From Chthonomonadales bacterium (GTDB lineage Bacteria; Armatimonadota; Chthonomonadetes; Chthonomonadales; CAJBBX01), in assembly GCA_013360745.1 (NCBI GenBank), contig JABWBA010000004.1:13275-77274 (forward strand): 64,000 bases of DNA, given 5' to 3'. The position numbers and the translations under genes are program-made. Below, in pieces: positions 8,536 to 17,639 of the stretch. The notes under the pieces are model-generated. The model worked only from the letters and a program-made list of their open reading frames with translations. It made no database searches and was not told where the DNA came from. The first letter of the stretch is position 1. Each line of letters opens with the position of its first letter.

Positions 8536-9135
8536 TCAGTCGACAATGCCGTGATCGAGGTCGCGCGACGCCGCGCCGGCAGAGAGGTGCGTCCGCATCA
8601 GTCGCCGCGCACGGTGCAGCCGGGATCGGACCGTACCGACCGCGCAATCCAGAACGTCTGCCGCGTCTTCGTACGATAGTCCCTCGACATCGGTCAGAAG
8701 TACCGTCTGTCGAAACGCCATCGGCAGTGCGTTCAACGCTCTCTGAAGCTCCTCGTCCACGATATCGCGCAGGACAAGCCGGGACGGGTCTGCGTCTTCA
8801 TCGGCGATCTCGGCGTACGTCTCCTGCGTCCGGCCCGAACCAGCGCTCAGATCCAGCGACAACGGCACGGTACGCGGGCGAGTCCGGAGCCGATCGACGA
8901 AGAGGTTGGCGATGATCCGATAGAGCCATCGGTCGAAGGGCCGTGCGCCGTCGTATCGGTCCCGGGCTCGATAGGCGCGCAGGAAGGCATCCTGGGTCAG
9001 GTCCTCGGCGTCCTCACGGTTGCCGGTCATCCGATAAGCGAACCGAAAGGCGCGGCGATGGTGTTCGCGGATGATCCGGTCGAAGTCGCATAGCGACATC
9101 AGCGGCGCGCTCTGTTCGATCTCGATCGGAGGCAT
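8536..9135 (-). CDS. ECF (sigma-70 family, group 4) RNA polymerase sigma factor
   Basis: Region 2 reads FRFAYRMTGNREDAEDLTQDAFLRAYRA. Region 4 reads LTDVEGLSYEDAADVLDCAVGTVRSRLHRARRLM. Confidence 0.9.
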   Translation of the reverse strand: MPPIEIEQSAPLMSLCDFDRIIREHHRRAFRFAYRMTGNREDAEDLTQDAFLRAYRARDRYDGARPFDRWLYRIIANLFVDRLRTRPRTVPLSLDLSAGSGRTQETYAEIADEDADPSRLVLRDIVDEELQRALNALPMAFRQTVLLTDVEGLSYEDAADVLDCAVGTVRSRLHRARRLMRTHLSAGAASRDLDHGIVD

Positions 9136-9228
9136 GTCCCCTGTCCTCGTGGAGTGTCCTGTGGTCCTTTCGCGGCAACGCGGGTATCGACTGCGAAACG
9201 ACGCCTAAGCGCTTATCGCTGCTACAGA

Positions 9229-9257
9229 AGTATACGGAACCGTCAGCGCCGTGTCAA
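9229..9257 (-). promoter_or_regulatory. Near-consensus sigma70-type promoter for the ECF sigma gene
   Basis: The minus strand reads TTGACA (9257-9252), then a 17-nt spacer, then TATACT (9234-9229), about 90 nt upstream of ATG 9135. Confidence 0.6.
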
Positions 9258-9392
9258 TAACCCGCATTCGCGCATCGGGCAGGCGCTTTCGGATCGGACG
9301 GTACAGGCCGGGCTCGATGTCCCCGGCTCCCCTGGGCGCCTGGCGGATAATCGAGCCGACGCTCATGAACCGGGAATCGGCTCCCGTCCATG

Positions 9393-10514
9393 TCAGGACG
9401 GCGACGGATCCTCAGCTACGTCCTCCGATGGATCAGCGCTGGCGAAGTACCGGGGGGCCAGCTGAACCAGGGTTTTCTGGACCGATGCGGCCACCGGCAC
9501 GGCAAGGATCATCCCCCATACGCCGAACAGAGTTACCCCGCACATAATCGCGAAGATATTGACCAGTGGATGCAGCCCTACGGATCCGCCGACAACCCTC
9601 GGCGTTACGCCGTAGTCGAACGAGACGTGCATCACGATGAAGAGGCCGACAACGAGAAGCGTCGCGCCCAGCGCCTTGCCGGTTGTCAGTGCGATGAAGA
9701 CAACGCTGAGCACCGACATCGCAGGGCCGACATAGGGCACCGCGTAGAACGTCCCGGCTGCGAGCCCGAGGAACAGAGCGTAGGGCACGCGCAGGATCCA
9801 GAACAGGATCGCTGCCGTCGCGGCATAGAGCACGCAGACCTTGGCAAGCCCCCGAACATAGGCGCCGAAGATATTCAAGACATCCTGGATGACCCGGTCC
9901 ATCTGGGCGCGCCGTGAGGTCGGCGCCATGACGAGAGCTCGGGATCGGATGGCAGGGTATTCGAGGAGGAAGTAGAACAACGACACCGGGATGATGATGA
10001 GCCAGAGCACCTGGCCCAACAGGCCGATCACCGCATCACGCACTCCGGTCAGAGCTTGCTGGACGCTGTTCGACAACGGCCCGGATTGGCGCGCGACAAA
10101 GACCGAGGGCTTTTCGGAGAGGCCAAGCATGCCCAGGGTCCGCGCGTGCTCTTCGTACCAGCCATCGGCCCGATCGGTCAGCTTCCGGGACGACACGCTG
10201 AGATTATCCGCGTAGACGCTGATATTGGCGCCGAGCTCCGTGACCTGCGCAATCGCGGACGGGAGGACTAAGAACGCTCCCAGGAGGACCACAGCGCCTG
10301 CGAGCGCAAAGAGGGATGCGACCGCGCGCGCACGGGACACACCCTTCCGTGTCAGGCGGCAGACGGCCGGATCCAGCAGCGCCGCCGTAAACAGGGCGAT
10401 TAGGAACGGAGGGAGGATGTCCCGCACACGCCACAGGAAGTAGGCGACCACGAAGGTCGGCGCGGCCACCGATAGGATCCGGCGCCACGGTATGCGCACG
10501 CCCACCGATGTCAC
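9393..10514 (-). CDS. AI-2E family transporter (PerM/UPF0118)
   Basis: 373 aa and multi-pass, with the family-typical C-terminal GMILAVPVAASV segment and overall layout. Confidence 0.8.
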   Translation of the reverse strand: MTSVGVRIPWRRILSVAAPTFVVAYFLWRVRDILPPFLIALFTAALLDPAVCRLTRKGVSRARAVASLFALAGAVVLLGAFLVLPSAIAQVTELGANISVYADNLSVSSRKLTDRADGWYEEHARTLGMLGLSEKPSVFVARQSGPLSNSVQQALTGVRDAVIGLLGQVLWLIIIPVSLFYFLLEYPAIRSRALVMAPTSRRAQMDRVIQDVLNIFGAYVRGLAKVCVLYAATAAILFWILRVPYALFLGLAAGTFYAVPYVGPAMSVLSVVFIALTTGKALGATLLVVGLFIVMHVSFDYGVTPRVVGGSVGLHPLVNIFAIMCGVTLFGVWGMILAVPVAASVQKTLVQLAPRYFASADPSEDVAEDPSPS

Positions 10515-10578
10515 GTGCTCGCCTTCAACCCGGACGGCTCAGGCAAGGTTCGACGAGAAGATGGATTCAGCCGTGGCC

Positions 10579-10857
10579 TCAGACGGCCTGCGAGCCGTTC
10601 GGATCCGCCTCCTGGACTTTGTCCTCCATGGCTTGCTTGCCGGTTTCCACGGCCGTCTTCAGCCTGGTGGCGACCTGCTGGCTCAGTTCGCTGATCTTGT
10701 GGCCGAGATCGGACAGGGTATGGCCGACGTTCTCGCGAACCTCGCTGCCCGGCTTCGGCGCAAAGAGCAACCCCGCAATGGCCCCGACGAGGACACCGAT
10801 GCCGATCCCCGCCAGCACACTCACCATGACGCTTCTTTCGTTATCCTGATTCTCCAT
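10579..10857 (-). CDS. YtxH domain-containing protein
   Basis: 92 aa. The Gly-rich TM segment VLAGIGIGVLVGAIAGLLFAPKPGSEVRE is followed by a helical region. A GGGGAAGG RBS lies upstream. Confidence 0.75.
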   Translation of the reverse strand: MENQDNERSVMVSVLAGIGIGVLVGAIAGLLFAPKPGSEVRENVGHTLSDLGHKISELSQQVATRLKTAVETGKQAMEDKVQEADPNGSQAV

Positions 10858-11365
10858 GTCCTTCCCCTTTCGTGGTTTTGGCCGACCTGCGGCCTCGTCG
10901 TGTCAGCACACCTTGAAATAGAGCCAGCGCACCTGCCGCCAGCAGGGCGACTCTCCCCGGACCGCTGCCCGCCGTGCGCTCAATCGCCGCTGAGATCACC
11001 GACGGGCCGGTCAGGGCTTCAGCCCCGGCTGCGATGCGCCGTACTGAGGTCGTCGCATCCGCCACGCCCTTGAGGGTGACGTCCACGTGCGTGAGCGCTG
11101 ACCGTGCTGTCTGCAGCGTCGGCGTTACCTCGCTCTGCAGGAGGTTATCGAGCGTGCTCAGCGCGGAGCCCATCTGCGTGAGGGCCGTATGAGTCTCCTG
11201 CAGGGTCCTGACCGTATCTCGCTGGATCTCCTCCATCGCCGAATCGAGCCGGATCGATAGGCTGGTCAGGCGCTTCAACGTCAGGATCATCGCAGACGAA
11301 AGGACGCCCAGATTTGCGATCAGGAGCAGCAGAAGTACGATCTCAATCCAGTCACGACCGGTCAA
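10841..11365 (-). CDS. DUF948-like membrane-anchored coiled-coil protein
   Basis: N-terminal TM (WIEIVLLLLLIANLGVLSSAMILTL) followed by a long helical region. The TTG start overlaps the mnmA stop (TTGA). Confidence 0.55.
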   Translation of the reverse strand: MTGRDWIEIVLLLLLIANLGVLSSAMILTLKRLTSLSIRLDSAMEEIQRDTVRTLQETHTALTQMGSALSTLDNLLQSEVTPTLQTARSALTHVDVTLKGVADATTSVRRIAAGAEALTGPSVISAAIERTAGSGPGRVALLAAGALALFQGVLTRRGRRSAKTTKGEGHGESG

Positions 11366-12465
11366 CGAGGCGCTCCTTCCGTCGCAGTAGCGATGATGCC
11401 GCCGCAGCAGACGCGATCGTCATCGTAGAACACGGCGGATTGCCCCGGCGTAACGGCACGCTGCGGGATATCGAATACGGCGCGCAGACCGCCCGACACC
11501 GGGGTGACGACAGCACGGCTCATGACGCCATTATAGCGGATACGGCCGCGGAGGGCAATCGGGCCGACGGGCTCGTCGATACTTACCCAGACCGGCTCGA
11601 CGGCCATAAGTCGATAGGACCAGAGATCGGCCTCGGGCCCAATCCGGATGGCTCCTGAGGCGGGCTCGATGCCGGTCACGTATTTCGGCCCGGAGGCGCT
11701 CGAGGGGAGGCCCTTCCGCTGGCCGATCGTGAAGTTCGCGATGCCGCCATGAGCGCCCGCGATCCTTCCATCCTCGGCGATGAAGGATCCCGCTCGCATA
11801 CGCCCCCCGCTGCGACGGTCGACGAACTCGCCGTAACCGCCGGCGGTGACAAAACAGACGTCCTGGCTCTCCCGCCTTGCCGCGACCGAAAGGCCGCGGC
11901 TTCGCGCCCAGTCCCTCACGGTCGCCTTCGAGGGCATCTCTCCGAGAGGAAAGATCGCAGCGGCAAGCTGATCCTGAGTGAGCCGATAGAGCATGTACGT
12001 CTGATCCTTCTCGATGCATCGGGCTACCCGCAATGCATAACGGCCTGACCCGGAGTCGTAGTCCGATCGGACGTAATGACCTGTGGCGACGCGGCCCAGT
12101 CCCATCTGGGACGCAAGGCGCAGGAGGCGATCGAACCGGACGAAGCGATTGCACAGTACGCAGGGATTCGGCGTCGTGCCCGATAGATAGCTGTCGACGA
12201 AGGGTTGGACCACGTGCCGCTCGAACTCATCATGAAGGTCGACCACGACGTGTTCGATGCCGAGTTCGGCGCACGTCCTTCGAGCCGCCTCGACACCGGC
12301 CAGCGAACAGCAGCCGCCCGCGGTCGGATCGCCCGAGGGGTCGGTCCAGAGCCGCATGGTGATACCGACGACCTCGAACCCCTCCTCCGAAAGGAGGGCG
12401 GCCGCCACCGCGCTATCCACCCCGCCGCTCATCCCGACGAGCACGGATGCCTTTCTACTGCCCAT
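11362..12465 (-). CDS. mnmA: tRNA 2-thiouridine(34) synthase
   Basis: PP-loop VLVGMSGGVDSAVAAALL, conserved Cys motifs, and 367 aa. Confidence 0.95.
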   Translation of the reverse strand: MGSRKASVLVGMSGGVDSAVAAALLSEEGFEVVGITMRLWTDPSGDPTAGGCCSLAGVEAARRTCAELGIEHVVVDLHDEFERHVVQPFVDSYLSGTTPNPCVLCNRFVRFDRLLRLASQMGLGRVATGHYVRSDYDSGSGRYALRVARCIEKDQTYMLYRLTQDQLAAAIFPLGEMPSKATVRDWARSRGLSVAARRESQDVCFVTAGGYGEFVDRRSGGRMRAGSFIAEDGRIAGAHGGIANFTIGQRKGLPSSASGPKYVTGIEPASGAIRIGPEADLWSYRLMAVEPVWVSIDEPVGPIALRGRIRYNGVMSRAVVTPVSGGLRAVFDIPQRAVTPGQSAVFYDDDRVCCGGIIATATEGAPR

Positions 12466-12532
12466 GGGGGTGTATTATGTCACAGGCATACCGGACCGGT
12501 TCGTAGTATGCGGTCCGAAGCAGGAGGCGCCG

Positions 12533-13024
12533 ATGGGCTCGATCATCGCTATCGTAATGGGCTCCAAATCGGATTGGCCCGTGATGGAACACGCATCCCG
12601 GACGCTCGATGAGCTCGGCGTCGCGCACGAGGTTCGCGTCCTGTCGGCGCACCGGTCGCCGCAGGCGGTGGCACAATACGCCGGCAGCGCGGAGGAACGA
12701 GGTATCGAGGTCATCATCGCCGCAGCAGGCGGAGCGGCGCACCTTGCGGGCGTCATCGCGGCTCATACCGTCCTGCCGGTCCTCGGCATACCCATGGAGA
12801 CCCGCCTCTCTGGAGGCCTCGACTCCCTGTTGAGCACCGTGCAGATGCCAGCGGGCATACCCGTGGGCACCCTGGCCATCGGACGCGCGGGCGCGGTCAA
12901 CGGAGCGCTACTCGCGGCGAACATCGCAGGCGCCGCCCATCCGGAGCTCCGCGAAGCCGTCCGCCGATATCGGGACGCGCAGACCCGCGCCGTACTTGAG
13001 ATTACGGATCCGCGAGAAGGTTAG
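12533..13024 (+). CDS. purE: 5-(carboxyamino)imidazole ribonucleotide mutase
   Basis: IIAIVMGSKSDWPVM... and AAGGAAHLAGVIAAHTVLPVLGIP. The start is set at ATG 12533 behind AGGAGG; the longer track ORF is an artefact. Confidence 0.9.
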   Translation: MGSIIAIVMGSKSDWPVMEHASRTLDELGVAHEVRVLSAHRSPQAVAQYAGSAEERGIEVIIAAAGGAAHLAGVIAAHTVLPVLGIPMETRLSGGLDSLLSTVQMPAGIPVGTLAIGRAGAVNGALLAANIAGAAHPELREAVRRYRDAQTRAVLEITDPREG

Positions 13025-13025
13025 G

Positions 13026-14519
13026 ATGGTCCTCGAGATGATTCGCATATCGCCCCTACTCGCCGCGTTGCTGACCATGGCCGGAGCGCGCGCGCAAACG
13101 CCGCCTGCAGCTGCCGAGGTTACGCCGCCGCCGATTGCCCGGGAGTTCCGGGCTGCTTGGGTGGCAACCGTCGCGAACATCGATTGGCCATCGGAACCCG
13201 GGCTGCCCGTCAGTCGGCAAAAGGCCGAGCTCGTCGCCATCATGGATCGCGCTGCCCGGCTCCGCCTCAACGCCCTCATCTTTCAGGTTCGACCAGCGTG
13301 CGACGCCCTCTATGCCTCACGGATCGAGCCGTGGTCCGAGTATTTGACCGGCGTCGCCGGCAAGGCGCCCGAACCGTTCTACGACCCTCTGGCATTCGCG
13401 GTCGCTGAAGCGCATAAGCGGGGCATCGAGCTGCACGCGTGGTTCAACCCCTATCGGGCGAAACATCCGTCGGCGAAGTCGCGGATCCCGTCGGGACACG
13501 TGAGCAAGAAGCGGCCGGAGATCGTGCGCACTTATGGGAAGCACCTGTGGCTGGATCCTGCCGATCCCCGGACCCGTCGGTACACTCTGGACGTCGTGAT
13601 GGACGTCGTACGGCGCTATGACATCGACGGCATCCATCTGGACGACTACTTTTATCCCTACAAGGAGCGGAATGCGGCAGGCGCGATCATCGACTTCCCC
13701 GATGAGCGGACATGGGCTGCCTACCGGGCGAACGGGGGCAAGCTCAGCCGTGCGGACTGGAGGAGGGATGCCGTCAACCAGCTCGTTCGAGATCTGTACG
13801 AGGCGAAACAGGCGGTAAAGCCGTGGGTGCGATTCGGTGTCAGTCCATTCGGCATCTGGAGGCCCGGCAATCCACCCTCGATCAAAGGATTCGATGCGTA
13901 CGCGGAGATCTACGCGGATTCGAAGACGTGGCTCCAGAAAGGCTGGGTGGACTACTTCACCCCGCAGCTCTACTGGTCCATTGCGTCACCGGGACAGAGC
14001 TATCCGGTCCTCCTCAAATGGTGGGATTCGCAGAACACCCTCCGCCGCAATCTGTGGCCCGGGAACTTCACCAGCCGCATTAAGGACGGCAGCTCCAACT
14101 GGGCCGCACAGGAGATCCTGAACCAGATTGCCGCGACGCGGTCTCAACCGGGTGCAGGGGGCAATGTCCATTTCAGTATGCGAGTTCTGCTGCGCAATCT
14201 GGACGGGATCGCCGACAAGCTTGCCGCGGGTCCCTATGCCCAGCCGGCGCTGCCCCCCGCCTCACCGTGGCTGTCGAAGTCGCGCCCGGGAGCGCCGCAC
14301 GCTCAGCTGCACGGCGAGGCGATCCATGTCCGCGCCGGTTCCGGCAGTAAGCCGTGGCTATGGGCCCTTCAGGTGCGGAGGGCCGGCGCATGGTCGACGA
14401 CGATCGTACCGGCGGAGGCGGATCTCCGGCTGGACGATCGAACGGACGTCGATGCGGCGTTCGTTCGTGCTGTCGATCGGGTCGGCAATGAAAGCCCGCC
14501 CACACGCATCCCGCTTTAG
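13026..14519 (+). CDS. Glycoside-hydrolase-like family 10 (YngK/UPF0748-type) secreted protein
   Basis: A signal peptide is followed by the hallmark REFRAAWVATVANIDWPS and GIELHAWFNPYR motifs. Confidence 0.75.
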   Translation: MVLEMIRISPLLAALLTMAGARAQTPPAAAEVTPPPIAREFRAAWVATVANIDWPSEPGLPVSRQKAELVAIMDRAARLRLNALIFQVRPACDALYASRIEPWSEYLTGVAGKAPEPFYDPLAFAVAEAHKRGIELHAWFNPYRAKHPSAKSRIPSGHVSKKRPEIVRTYGKHLWLDPADPRTRRYTLDVVMDVVRRYDIDGIHLDDYFYPYKERNAAGAIIDFPDERTWAAYRANGGKLSRADWRRDAVNQLVRDLYEAKQAVKPWVRFGVSPFGIWRPGNPPSIKGFDAYAEIYADSKTWLQKGWVDYFTPQLYWSIASPGQSYPVLLKWWDSQNTLRRNLWPGNFTSRIKDGSSNWAAQEILNQIAATRSQPGAGGNVHFSMRVLLRNLDGIADKLAAGPYAQPALPPASPWLSKSRPGAPHAQLHGEAIHVRAGSGSKPWLWALQVRRAGAWSTTIVPAEADLRLDDRTDVDAAFVRAVDRVGNESPPTRIPL

Positions 14520-14574
14520 ACCGATATCGCCGAGAACCCGGCGCTGACAACGCACAACATAGGAGCAGCATGGA

Positions 14575-15645
14575 ATGACTCATCGTATCACCGCTATCCC
14601 GGGGGACGGCATCGGCCCCGAACTGATGGACGCCGCAATGCGGGTATGGGAGGCTACGGGCGTCCGCTTTGACTGGGATGTACAGACCGCCGGAGCCGCC
14701 GTGGCCGAGACAGAGGGCACACCCCTGCCCCAACGAGTCCTGGATAGTATCCGACGGAACAAGATCGCGATCAAAGGCCCGATCACGACGCCGATCGGCA
14801 CCGGCTTTCGCTCGGTGAACGTGGCGCTGCGCAAGGAACTGGATCTCTACGCTTGCCTGCGCCCCTGTCACCTGTATCCGGGAGTGCAATCCCACTTCGA
14901 TACCGTCGATATCATCGTTGTCCGGGAGAATACGGAGGACCTCTATGCAGGCGTCGAGTTCGATCTGAATACGCCCGATGCGCAGAAGATCATCGAGATG
15001 GGAGGGGGCAAGATCCGGTCCGATGCGGCCATCTCGATCAAGCCGATCTCCCGATCCGGCACGGAGCGAATCGCCCGCTTCGCCTTTGAATACGCTCGAT
15101 CGACAGGCCGCAAGCGGGTGACCGCGGTCGCGAAGGCCAACATAATGAAGTTTACCGATGGGCTCTTCTATCGGGTTTGCGGTGAGGTCGCCTCCGAATA
15201 CCCGGGGATCACGTACGATGAGGTCCTTGTCGACGCCATCTGTATGCAGCTCGTGCAGCACCCGGAGAAGTTCGATGTTCTCATCCTGCCGAACCTCTAC
15301 GGCGACATCATCTCGGATTTGTGCGCCGGGCTCATCGGCGGACTCGGCATGGCGCCGGGGGCGAATATCGGAAATGGCGTCGCCCTCTTTGAACCAACCC
15401 ACGGTTCGGCGCCCCGATATGCAGGCCAGAACAAGGCGAACCCGACCGCTCTGATCCTCTCAGGGATGCTGATGCTCCGGCATATCGGCGAGACGGAGGC
15501 GGCAGATCGATTGGAGCAGGCGATCGCCGGCGTGATTGCCGATGGCACCAGCGTAACGTACGATATGAAGACAGATCGGAGCGATCCATCGGCCGTCGGG
15601 ACGTCGCAGATGGCCGACGCCATCATTGCCCGCTTGCGCGCGTAA
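14575..15645 (+). CDS. Isocitrate/isopropylmalate dehydrogenase family enzyme, most like NAD-dependent isocitrate dehydrogenase
   Basis: IPGDGIGPE, KANIMKFTDGLF and HGSAPRYAGQNKANPTALILSG motifs; 356 aa. Confidence 0.85.
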   Translation: MTHRITAIPGDGIGPELMDAAMRVWEATGVRFDWDVQTAGAAVAETEGTPLPQRVLDSIRRNKIAIKGPITTPIGTGFRSVNVALRKELDLYACLRPCHLYPGVQSHFDTVDIIVVRENTEDLYAGVEFDLNTPDAQKIIEMGGGKIRSDAAISIKPISRSGTERIARFAFEYARSTGRKRVTAVAKANIMKFTDGLFYRVCGEVASEYPGITYDEVLVDAICMQLVQHPEKFDVLILPNLYGDIISDLCAGLIGGLGMAPGANIGNGVALFEPTHGSAPRYAGQNKANPTALILSGMLMLRHIGETEAADRLEQAIAGVIADGTSVTYDMKTDRSDPSAVGTSQMADAIIARLRA

Positions 15646-15671
15646 CGACCGGTAACTCCTGTTCGTCCAAC

Positions 15672-15700
15672 CCTCTGGCGGCGTAGATCGTCGCCAGAGG
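15672..15700 (+). other. 9-bp stem-loop whose 3' arm contains the Shine-Dalgarno of the next gene
   Basis: CCTCTGGCG-N11-CGCCAGAGG; the GAGGAG RBS of the 15712 gene lies in and adjacent to the 3' arm. It could be the terminator of the preceding gene or a translational occluder. Confidence 0.35.
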
Positions 15701-15711
15701 AGATACCGGAT

Positions 15712-16464
15712 ATGAGACGCGCCATCATCGGCTTGCTGCCTGCATTTTGGTTTGTCGGACACCCGGGCGCCGCCGCTCAGACTCCGGATGAATCGGCGGC
15801 TCCGATCCTCGCCCCGGCGATCCGCGTGGCCAGCTCAGGGACGCTATCGCTCATCAGACGATCTGATGTTCAGAATGGCCTTCGCCTCAGCCTTCGTCAG
15901 AGGAACGAGCTGCAGGCGCTCCTCGCGGCGCCGCAGCAGTTCCGCCTATTGCTGAACCTGGGCGCGGATTCTGCGAACGGCGGCCCGCGTCAGGCCGAGG
16001 ATCAGGTCGAACAGCAGGCCGGAGACCATGAGGCTCGCTTGCGGGCGATCCTGGATGAGAAACAATGGGCGCGCCTGGCTCAGATCCGCCTCCAATGGCA
16101 AGGGGCGCTGGCGCTCGCGGAGCCTGCAACTGCCGATCTTGCGGGGCTCTCCGATAACAGCCGCAACGCGGTCGTGGCGATTGCTGCCGAGTACGAGGAC
16201 GTTCGCCGAGAGGTGTTCGCTTCCCTGACAAGGAAGCGTGAGGAAGACTCATCGAACGGAACTCGGCGGCGAATCGCGATTCGGATCGACACTGCGGAAC
16301 TGGAGCAACCGGGTTCGCCCGCCTACAAGAAGCTGGCGGCCGCCAAAAAGGACGCCGAGGAGCGCATCATCAAGAGCCTTCTCGATACAGAGAAGAAGGC
16401 ATGGGCGAAGGCCTGCGGAGCCCCGTTTGTCTTCCGCGCTGATATCAAAGGGCTCCGCTTCTGA
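15712..16464 (+). CDS. Hypothetical secreted protein
   Basis: Signal-like N-terminus MRRAIIGLLPAFWFVGHPGAAAQ, a good RBS, and GC3-rich codons. I recognise no family. Confidence 0.5.
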   Translation: MRRAIIGLLPAFWFVGHPGAAAQTPDESAAPILAPAIRVASSGTLSLIRRSDVQNGLRLSLRQRNELQALLAAPQQFRLLLNLGADSANGGPRQAEDQVEQQAGDHEARLRAILDEKQWARLAQIRLQWQGALALAEPATADLAGLSDNSRNAVVAIAAEYEDVRREVFASLTRKREEDSSNGTRRRIAIRIDTAELEQPGSPAYKKLAAAKKDAEERIIKSLLDTEKKAWAKACGAPFVFRADIKGLRF

Positions 16465-16599
16465 GATCGTCCATATCCCTCGCGGCCCCGAACCTCCGAC
16501 GGATACCGGAGCTACGACCAACGCCATTCCGACGGGAGCGCTGATCCATCTCGCTGGTATACTAGGATCGAAGCACGTTACGATCGAGAGGATTGCGCC

Positions 16600-17496
16600 A
16601 TGGGAAACATCGATACAGTAAAGTCCACCTGGAGGAACAAGGTCGGTCTGGCCGAGATGTTGAAGGGCGGCGTGATCATGGATGTTGTCACCGTCGAACA
16701 TGCGACGATCGCCGAAGAGGCCGGCGCCTGTGCCGTCATGGCGCTGGAGCGAGTGCCGGCCGATATTCGCGCTACGGGCGGTGTCGCGCGGATGTCGGAC
16801 CCGCGTCTCATCAAAGAGATCATGGCGGCGGTGTCCATACCGGTGATGGCCAAGGCGCGCATCGGCCATTTCGCCGAAGCGCAGCTCCTGGAATCCCTGG
16901 GCGTCGATTTCATCGATGAGAGCGAGGTGCTCACTCCGGCCGACGAGGAATACCACATCAACAAGCACGCCTTCAGCGTTCCCTTCGTCTGCGGCTGCCG
17001 CAACCTCGGCGAGGCCCTTCGGCGGATCGGTGAAGGCGCGGCGATGATTCGGACGAAGGGCGAAGCGGGTACCGGCAACGTCGTCGAGGCAGTTCGCCAT
17101 ATGCGGGCTGTGATGGGCGGCATGCGGCGGCTGCAGGCGATGCCCGAAGAGGAGCTGATGACCGCCGCCAAAGAGATGGGCGCTCCGTACGATCTCGTCT
17201 GCGAGATACATCGGACGGGCCGCCTGCCTGTGCCGAACTTCAGCGCCGGCGGGATTGCGACTCCGGCTGATGCCTCTCTCATGCGTCAGCTGGGTGCCGA
17301 GGCGATCTTCGTCGGCTCCGGCATCTTCAAATCGGCCAATCCGGCGGCTCGGGCGAAAGCCATCGTCACAGCGAATACGTATTATGATAAGCCCGAGGTC
17401 GTCGCAGAGGTTTCTGAAGGTCTCGGTGACGCTATGTTCTCCATCGATGTCCGCAAACTCGATGAAGAAGACCGAATGGCCTCGCGCGGCTGGTAG
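16600..17496 (+). CDS. pdxS: Pyridoxal 5'-phosphate synthase lyase subunit
   Basis: [38 protein letters not shown]... is canonical PdxS. Confidence 0.95.
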   Translation: MGNIDTVKSTWRNKVGLAEMLKGGVIMDVVTVEHATIAEEAGACAVMALERVPADIRATGGVARMSDPRLIKEIMAAVSIPVMAKARIGHFAEAQLLESLGVDFIDESEVLTPADEEYHINKHAFSVPFVCGCRNLGEALRRIGEGAAMIRTKGEAGTGNVVEAVRHMRAVMGGMRRLQAMPEEELMTAAKEMGAPYDLVCEIHRTGRLPVPNFSAGGIATPADASLMRQLGAEAIFVGSGIFKSANPAARAKAIVTANTYYDKPEVVAEVSEGLGDAMFSIDVRKLDEEDRMASRGW

Positions 17497-17639
17497 CCAG
17501 TAGCCCCGCATCGAACCGGCGCTAGATCGCCGTTCTAGAGCGAAACCAAATAGCCCTCTCCGTGCGTAAGGTTTCGTACTAGACAAGGCAGACGACAGCC
17601 ACACCGGACGAAAGAGACGCCCAACGAACCGTCGGGTGC

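Noticed and set aside
14173-15402. 409-aa minus-strand ORF
   Set aside because: It is entirely antisense to the well-supported isocitrate dehydrogenase gene. The composition is Arg/Gly/Asp/Pro-rich with no motifs, a typical high-GC shadow ORF.
16249-17604. 451-aa minus-strand ORF (and the nested 16578-17282 ORF)
   Set aside because: Antisense to canonical pdxS, with a low-complexity Arg/Gly/His-rich translation. Shadow ORF.
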